A stretch of DNA of 30,470 bases, taken from positions 1-30,470 of IMG/VR virus record IMGVR_UViG_3300025396_000053; one strand, written 5' to 3'. The DNA is from a virus. Lineage: Duplodnaviria; Caudoviricetes. Made by a program: the position numbers and the translations under genes. Numbering within the stretch: position 1 is the stretch's first letter; the number at the start of each line of letters is the position of its first letter. Shown piece after piece: positions 26,016 through 30,470 of the stretch. The notes under the pieces were generated by a model, which worked only from the letters and a program-made list of their open reading frames with translations, searched no databases and had not been told where the DNA came from.

Positions 26016-26084
26016 GCAAGTGCTCATACATTTGCTTTTCCTTTAGTATTCTTTAGCCCCATCCTAAGCGTTGGGGCTTTTTTT
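26016..26084 (+). ncRNA. Putative ~69-nt trans-acting antisense sRNA
   Basis: Promoter, 5' hairpin GCAAGUG-CUCAUA-CAUUUGC, anti-SD UUUUCCUUU, terminator; complementary to 30299-30323. Confidence 0.68.
26055..26084 (+). terminator. Intrinsic terminator of sRNA
   Basis: AGCCCCA-N10-UGGGGCU plus U-tract on + strand only; no + strand gene upstream. Confidence 0.8.
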
Positions 26085-26252
26085 ATTGGCTAGTGTCTAA
26101 GATTTGACATGACTCATAGGATTTTTTACAAAATTTGACATTTTTTTAAGTTGCGTGTGAGGAATAGTGATCTAGTGGACTGGACTGTCCTCGTCGATTT
26201 GAGGTGGGTTGGGGGGTAGTGGGGTAAATATAGATACTAGAATCATACCATA

Positions 26253-26261
26253 TGTTATAAT
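26253..26261 (+). promoter_or_regulatory. Early promoter, consensus extended -10
   Basis: TGtTATAAT upstream of first + strand gene. Confidence 0.72.
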
Positions 26262-26293
26262 AGAGTCATCTAGTGAGGAATTGCTAGTGTGTT

Positions 26294-26319
26294 GCCAAGC
26301 CACTTCGCTTGGCTTTTTT
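26294..26319 (+). terminator. Terminator-like hairpin in early leader (attenuator?)
   Basis: GCCAAGC-CACUUC-GCUUGGC-UUUUUU just before the GGAGG SD. Confidence 0.65.
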
Positions 26320-26332
26320 ATTTGGAGGTTTT

Positions 26333-26743
26333 ATGAAGGCTGTCTTTACGAAATACATTGATGCTGTTGCTAAACACATTGATGCTGGTGTCTCTCTCAA
26401 AGAAGTTATGGATACAGTTAAGCCTATCTATAACAAGTCAAGCCTAGAGGAACAGTTAGAGTTGCGTAGTGCTATTGCTACACTCATTGGTAAGAAAAAG
26501 AAGGTCACACCAATCACGATTGAAAAAGGTGTTTACACAGGTTCGCTTGGTTTCAACGCACATGGCACAGCGAAAGAGGAACAGGCTAGAGCAATGCTTA
26601 AGTATTATATGCCAACCCATGTGGAGAAAACCTCCACAACAAGTTCTAAACAGGTAGACCCGATTGTGCAACGTGCTAACAAACTCAATAAGGATTTCAC
26701 GAAAGCACAGTTACGCAAACTTGTTGCACTACTCAATGTTTAA
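26333..26743 (+). CDS. First early gene, basic hypothetical protein (136 aa)
   Basis: GGAGG at 26324-26328, ATG at 26333 (MKAVFTKY). Confidence 0.8.
   Translation: MKAVFTKYIDAVAKHIDAGVSLKEVMDTVKPIYNKSSLEEQLELRSAIATLIGKKKKVTPITIEKGVYTGSLGFNAHGTAKEEQARAMLKYYMPTHVEKTSTTSSKQVDPIVQRANKLNKDFTKAQLRKLVALLNV
26621..26637. repeat. 17-bp palindromic motif copy 1, GTGGAGAAAACCTCCAC
   Basis: Exact reverse complement of copy 2. Confidence 0.8.
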
Positions 26744-26750
26744 TCAAACC

Positions 26751-26799
26751 GACAGGGATTGCGAGAGGGTGAGGCTTTACTGCTATTTCAATTCCTGTC
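26751..26799 (+). other. Long intergenic hairpin (RNase III site-like)
   Basis: GACAGGGAUUG/CAAUUCCUGUC 11-bp stem plus imperfect upper stem; no U-tract. Confidence 0.5.
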
Positions 26800-26827
26800 A
26801 AATCTAACTTAACGAAAGGAAATAAAT

Positions 26828-27046
26828 ATGAAACACACTCAAATTAAAAACCCAAACCAAAAGCACAGCCATCTACTTAGCACGTTCAGCGAACTAACAC
26901 TTGAACAGACGGCACTCTTACTTGATTGCATCTTATACGCAACAGTAGATACCAAATACATAGATGGCAACGACACACTCAACGAATTGAAAGATGCCCT
27001 TAGTGCAACCCTAGCACTTGGTGTTATATATCAGGAGGCACGATGA
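26828..27046 (+). CDS. Early hypothetical protein
   Basis: 72 aa, AAGGA SD. Confidence 0.72.
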   Translation: MKHTQIKNPNQKHSHLLSTFSELTLEQTALLLDCILYATVDTKYIDGNDTLNELKDALSATLALGVIYQEAR

Positions 27047-27213
27047 AATCAATATCACGAAAGAGAACTATACACATACGCATTATGAGGGCGTATCGTG
27101 TTAATGGTAAAGCGTGGGACATCAACATCTCACGCCGTAAGCGTAGTAGCAGTATCCGTAAGGCAAAAGCAGTATCCAATCAAGTGGAGGTTTTCTCCAC
27201 ATCAACCATCTAA
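27043..27213 (+). CDS. 56-aa very basic early protein
   Basis: AGGAGG SD, ATGA overlap; MKSISRKRTIHIRIMRAYRVNGKAWDINISRRKRSSSIRKAKAVSNQVEVFSTSTI. Confidence 0.65.
   Translation: MKSISRKRTIHIRIMRAYRVNGKAWDINISRRKRSSSIRKAKAVSNQVEVFSTSTI
27184..27200. repeat. 17-bp palindromic motif copy 2, GTGGAGGTTTTCTCCAC
   Basis: Direct read. Confidence 0.8.
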
Positions 27214-27223
27214 GGAGAGCATT

Positions 27224-27430
27224 ATGAAAGCACTAAAGAACAACGCATCACTATGGGTATTAGTATTCAAGCAAGACAACAAAGTAACAGAGGTAGGCAA
27301 CTACTATGACTCACTCAACAAAGCAATCAAGGCTGTGCGAAAGATGAACGGCATAGATACACTCAACACAGGGTGGACAGCCATGACATCAGTAAGACTC
27401 GCAGACATGATGAGAAAGGAGATACGTTAA
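27224..27430 (+). CDS. 68-aa early hypothetical protein
   Basis: AAGGAG SD, MKALKNNASLW...; the track's longer start is not supported. Confidence 0.72.
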   Translation: MKALKNNASLWVLVFKQDNKVTEVGNYYDSLNKAIKAVRKMNGIDTLNTGWTAMTSVRLADMMRKEIR

Positions 27431-27457
27431 CTTGTTATGGAGAGTTGTGTTGTTTTG

Positions 27458-27792
27458 CACTAACGTCCAGCGTGTCCAACATTGTTAGTTCTTTTAGCGT
27501 AGCACGGGACACCCCCCAAGCGTTTATATATAAGGCGTTGAAGATTTGAAGTCCAAGTGTCCACAATATAATATATATTATTTATTTATTTATATATATA
27601 GGGTTGTTAGTTTATTCATTGTTTTAATTTAAAGCACTAACATTCTTATAAAAAGGTTTATTGTTTATAGTATTCCAAAAAGACTGGACAACTGGACATA
27701 ACATCAGCAAACCCATATACTTAAAGGCACAAGAGGTGACTTACTCTGCACAAAAAAGAATAACAATGTTTGACACAATGGACTGTTAGGTG
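27458..27792. repeat. Large imperfect inverted repeat around AT-rich core (putative replication origin)
   Basis: Arms 27458-27563 and 27685-27792 with GTCCA/TGGAC boxes; pure A/T 27565-27600. Confidence 0.65.
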
Positions 27793-27829
27793 GACAATAT
27801 AACTTTAATCATACAAAAAGGAACTAACA

Positions 27830-28552
27830 ATGAATAAACGTAAACCAATCACACGTAATTCAACGCCGAAACAAATCTATAATTATTTGGTAAGCAACTA
27901 CCCAAGTATGCCTGTTGCATTCATACACGCAAGAATAGATGCACTAAAAGAAAAGCGTAGGGCTAACAATCAAAAGAAACAACTACGTGTTAGGTTAAAG
28001 ACTGAATGGGCAGTAGTGCTAACACCCTTAAGAGATACGATACAAAGTATTATTACTCACCAACATCTCTATGAAGAAGCGAACCCTGCTTATTATAAGT
28101 TCAACATTAAATACCTAGCACTTCTGCGTGCATTGAGAGATGAGTTGAAAGATAAAGAGAAGAACAACGTATCGCCAAAACCAAACGCAACATGGGTTGA
28201 CTACGTGCCTGATGAAGTCAAGGATAAAGTAAAAGAAAAATATAATACCTTGCCACGCACCAGTCCTCATACTGTGTATCGAGAGATATTTAAAAGCCCG
28301 AACGTGCTGTCTAGAAACAAACAGAGTCAACGTAACAAGTTGAACGACCACATAGACAGAATGATAAATGAAATGGGTCGAGGTGTAGCGTCAGGGATAC
28401 ACGCTAATTATTATGAGATGAACTTACGTTTCTATGAGGAGGCGTTGCGTAGATTAAATAACTTGCCGTTTAAAAAGGCGATACCAAAAAGTGTGGAAGG
28501 TTTGTTTAGTGTTGAGGAGTTGTTGCAGTATGGGTATGTTAGTAGTATTTAA
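27830..28552 (+). CDS. Basic helical hypothetical protein (240 aa)
   Basis: Long ORF with AAGGA SD. Confidence 0.8.
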   Translation: MNKRKPITRNSTPKQIYNYLVSNYPSMPVAFIHARIDALKEKRRANNQKKQLRVRLKTEWAVVLTPLRDTIQSIITHQHLYEEANPAYYKFNIKYLALLRALRDELKDKEKNNVSPKPNATWVDYVPDEVKDKVKEKYNTLPRTSPHTVYREIFKSPNVLSRNKQSQRNKLNDHIDRMINEMGRGVASGIHANYYEMNLRFYEEALRRLNNLPFKKAIPKSVEGLFSVEELLQYGYVSSI

Positions 28553-28570
28553 TTTAAAAGGAGAGTTGAA

Positions 28571-28747
28571 ATGCGAGTAATGATATGTTTAGAGTTTGAA
28601 GGTGTTGATTGTAATAGTGAACAGGCTGATGCGATTATTGAGTCTATCAATGCAGACTGCGAGACTATGCAAGTTGCGTTTGATGCTACGAGTTGTTGGA
28701 TTGATGATGCGTTTAATGAGGAGAAAGAAGATGAAGAATCTAATTGA
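28571..28747 (+). CDS. 58-aa highly acidic protein
   Basis: AAGGAG SD; MRVMICLEFEGVDCNSEQADAIIESINADCETMQVAFDATSCWIDDAFNEEKEDEESN. Confidence 0.72.
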   Translation: MRVMICLEFEGVDCNSEQADAIIESINADCETMQVAFDATSCWIDDAFNEEKEDEESN

Positions 28748-28883
28748 GTGGTTGTTGATGCTGGTGTTTGGTGTTGTGTTTGGCATTATGTTTTGGTCTG
28801 CGTTTTTTGATGTGAACTTTGTGGAGGTTATCTCCACAAGAATGTCTAATGTTTTTATTAACTTGTTAGGGAGTGTTGTATGA
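28731..28883 (+). CDS. 50-aa membrane protein
   Basis: GAGGAG SD; MKNLIEWLLMLVFGVVFGIMFWSAFF. Confidence 0.62.
   Translation: MKNLIEWLLMLVFGVVFGIMFWSAFFDVNFVEVISTRMSNVFINLLGSVV
28821..28837. repeat. 17-bp palindromic motif copy 3, GTGGAGGTTATCTCCAC
   Basis: 16/17 identical to copy 2. Confidence 0.8.
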
Positions 28884-29056
28884 ATGATTTAGATTACTGG
28901 TTGGCACACGCCAACGCAAGACGTATGGTTGAGACAGGCGGTGGGTTTCATCATGCACTAGGTAGGTTGTTCTTCAAGGCAGATAGCAGTAATGCTAGGC
29001 GATTAATAGATGCGTTCCCACATGAGTTCTTAAAAAAGGAGAGTGATGATGAGTGA
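28880..29056 (+). CDS. 58-aa phage hypothetical protein
   Basis: GGGAG SD, ATGA overlap; GGGFHHALGRLFFKADSSNARRLIDAFP. Confidence 0.75.
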   Translation: MNDLDYWLAHANARRMVETGGGFHHALGRLFFKADSSNARRLIDAFPHEFLKKESDDE

Positions 29057-29255
29057 TGGTAGCCCGAATTTATTTACTGTGTATATAAGTGAGACGTTCT
29101 CAGGGTATGTGAATGTTGAAGCAGATAGTAAAGATGAAGCCGAAGAACGAGCAAGGGAACTTTTAGATAGTGGTTTGATAAACCCATGCGAGGACTTTGA
29201 TGGTGATTGTATTATTGAAGCAGAGAAATATGCTGAGGAGAGTGATGATGAATGA
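29049..29255 (+). CDS. Acidic protein, DpnD/PcfM-like motif
   Basis: V.ISETFS..VNVEADSKDEAEE; AAGGAG SD. Confidence 0.7.
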   Translation: MSDGSPNLFTVYISETFSGYVNVEADSKDEAEERARELLDSGLINPCEDFDGDCIIEAEKYAEESDDE

Positions 29256-29427
29256 AGATTTGAAGCCACATAGTTTTGTGGCACGCTGTGTTGATATGAA
29301 TAGTGATGCCAAGTTAGTTAAGCATAAGGTTACGTATGTTGTGAATAACGTAGACAGGGAATGGGTTGTGATGGCTAAAGACCCAATGGACGCAATAAAG
29401 AAAACGCAAGAATACTTGGGGGTTTAG
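29248..29427 (+). CDS. 59-aa hypothetical protein
   Basis: GAGGAG SD; MNEDLKPHSF...VMAKDPMDAI. Confidence 0.68.
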   Translation: MNEDLKPHSFVARCVDMNSDAKLVKHKVTYVVNNVDREWVVMAKDPMDAIKKTQEYLGV

Positions 29428-29431
29428 TCAA

Positions 29432-29662
29432 ATGAAAGCAAGAACACAAACCGAATTAGACAGAATGTGGAAACGCAGAGGGTTAAAACCTGCCGAACGT
29501 ATTAGTAAAACCAACGGCATACTACGCACGTGGTTGTACGCCAAGACAGGTAGGGAACTAGACAAGATGCGTCATGGCTTAAAAGATTTATTAGTCGACA
29601 CGATAGCCATGCGTAGAAATAAGCAGACTGTACCTGACTGCCCGAAGTATAGATGGGTGTGA
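29432..29662 (+). CDS. Basic hypothetical protein
   Basis: 76-aa ORF in operon spacing. Confidence 0.65.
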   Translation: MKARTQTELDRMWKRRGLKPAERISKTNGILRTWLYAKTGRELDKMRHGLKDLLVDTIAMRRNKQTVPDCPKYRWV

Positions 29663-29663
29663 T

Positions 29664-29822
29664 GTGAAGTATAAGCATAGGCATGCGAAGTTAATCAAAG
29701 CGTGGGCTGATGGTGCAGTTATTCAATACAAGCACAGAACTATAAACAAATGGTTCGACTGTGAGAATAACAATCCAAGATGGCACATATCTATTAAATA
29801 CAGAATCAAAAAGGAGAAGTGA
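29664..29822 (+). CDS. 52-aa phage hypothetical protein
   Basis: GTG start; HRHAKLIKAWADGAVIQ...W...P.W...YRIK pattern common in phage small proteins. Confidence 0.72.
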   Translation: MKYKHRHAKLIKAWADGAVIQYKHRTINKWFDCENNNPRWHISIKYRIKKEK

Positions 29823-29823
29823 A

Positions 29824-30267
29824 ATGGGTTATAGAAGCGAAGTAGCATACGTTATTAACTTTAGTAGTAAAGAGAAGCGTGACGATTATATTAACGTAGT
29901 GTTAGCAACAGGTGATACGCATTTGATTGACGCACTAAAAGATTGTGATGTGCCGTTTGATTCTTCGCACGATACTCGTATTAACTTCTACGCTATTGAT
30001 GTGAAGTGGTATGACTCGTATGAAGATGTTAAGGCACACACTAAGTTATACAGTTGGGCAGTCGAGTTGTATCCTGACGATTGTGGGTATCGGTTTATAT
30101 GTATCGGCGAAGAGGAAGGTGACATTGAGAATGATTCCGATGGCGAGGGTGATTGGATACCTGACGATGACTTTTACACCTACACATCTATGGAAGTTCC
30201 GTTCAACACACAGTATGACAAGTTTGATTTAGATAAATATTTATTAACCAAAAAGGAGGAAGCGTAA
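29824..30267 (+). CDS. Acidic hypothetical protein (147 aa)
   Basis: AAGGAG SD; MGYRSEV, DVKWYDSY, FICIGEE.GD. Confidence 0.8.
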   Translation: MGYRSEVAYVINFSSKEKRDDYINVVLATGDTHLIDALKDCDVPFDSSHDTRINFYAIDVKWYDSYEDVKAHTKLYSWAVELYPDDCGYRFICIGEEEGDIENDSDGEGDWIPDDDFYTYTSMEVPFNTQYDKFDLDKYLLTKKEEA

Positions 30268-30470
30268 TGGAAGGACTAGGCAAACTACAACCACTAGAAA
30301 AGGAAAAGCAAATGAATGAGTATATCATCACAGGTTTATCAGGTAATCAATATCAACCAATGGACACAGCACCTATACCACACACACCAACCATCAAGGA
30401 GTTATTCAATACGCTAGCAACAACCATGCAACAACTAGGCTCTCTTATTGAGAGTCACTATCATCAGTCT
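30267..30470 (+). CDS. Hypothetical protein, truncated by window; two in-frame starts (30267, 30312)
   Basis: AAGGAGG plus TAATG start MEGLGKLQPLEKEKQ-MNEYIITG...; second AAGGA plus ATG at 30312; open to window end. Confidence 0.7.
   Translation, partial: MEGLGKLQPLEKEKQMNEYIITGLSGNQYQPMDTAPIPHTPTIKELFNTLATTMQQLGSLIESHYHQS

Noticed and set aside
25924-26031. Minus-strand 35-aa ORF (MYEHLQRQYNKKIK...) with AAGGA SD
   Set aside because: Its SD+ATG is the mirror image of the sRNA antisense segment. It spans the predicted terS promoter, and the adjacent terminator works only on +. Kept only as the alternative hypothesis.
26104-26140. Two perfect TTGACA -35 hexamers as promoters
   Set aside because: No convincing -10 at 16-18 bp (best TACAAA); treated as repeats instead.
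25934-26332. tRNA genes in intergenic regions
   Set aside because: No cloverleaf or T-loop GTTCRA in a proper context here or at 27430-27830.
27098-27223. Track's extended N-termini (27098, 28596, 29197, 29761, 26309, 21231)
   Set aside because: They overlap better-supported small ORFs or leaders; downstream ATGs have clear SDs or stop-start coupling.

Overview
This is about 30 kb of a tailed dsDNA phage genome (Caudoviricetes). It is probably podovirus-like, since the portal is large and no tape measure or sheath gene is visible. Positions 1-25933 are a minus-strand late module: terS, terL, portal, GroES co-chaperonin, HNH, scaffold, decoration protein, major capsid, small basic proteins, head-tail adaptors, tail fibres (one with an S74 chaperone) and a lysis cassette (holins, partial GH19 endolysin). 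A divergent control region (25934-26332) precedes plus-strand early genes. The most notable signals are non-coding. (1) A predicted ~69-nt sRNA (26016-26084) has its own extended -10 promoter and terminator and pairs over 24 of 25 nt with the SD+ATG of an ORF 4.3 kb away (30299-30323), suggesting trans-antisense late-to-early control. (2) A multi-pseudoknot leader precedes a virion gene (16354-16440) and a small pseudoknot precedes another (5299-5327). (3) A GNRA hairpin plus terminator lies just after the early promoter. (4) A 17-bp palindrome occurs three times inside early ORFs. (5) A ~105-bp imperfect inverted repeat flanks an AT-rich core (ori-like). All calls come from reading the sequence by eye; no searches were run. 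No tRNA, rRNA, CRISPR array, integrase or reverse transcriptase was seen.
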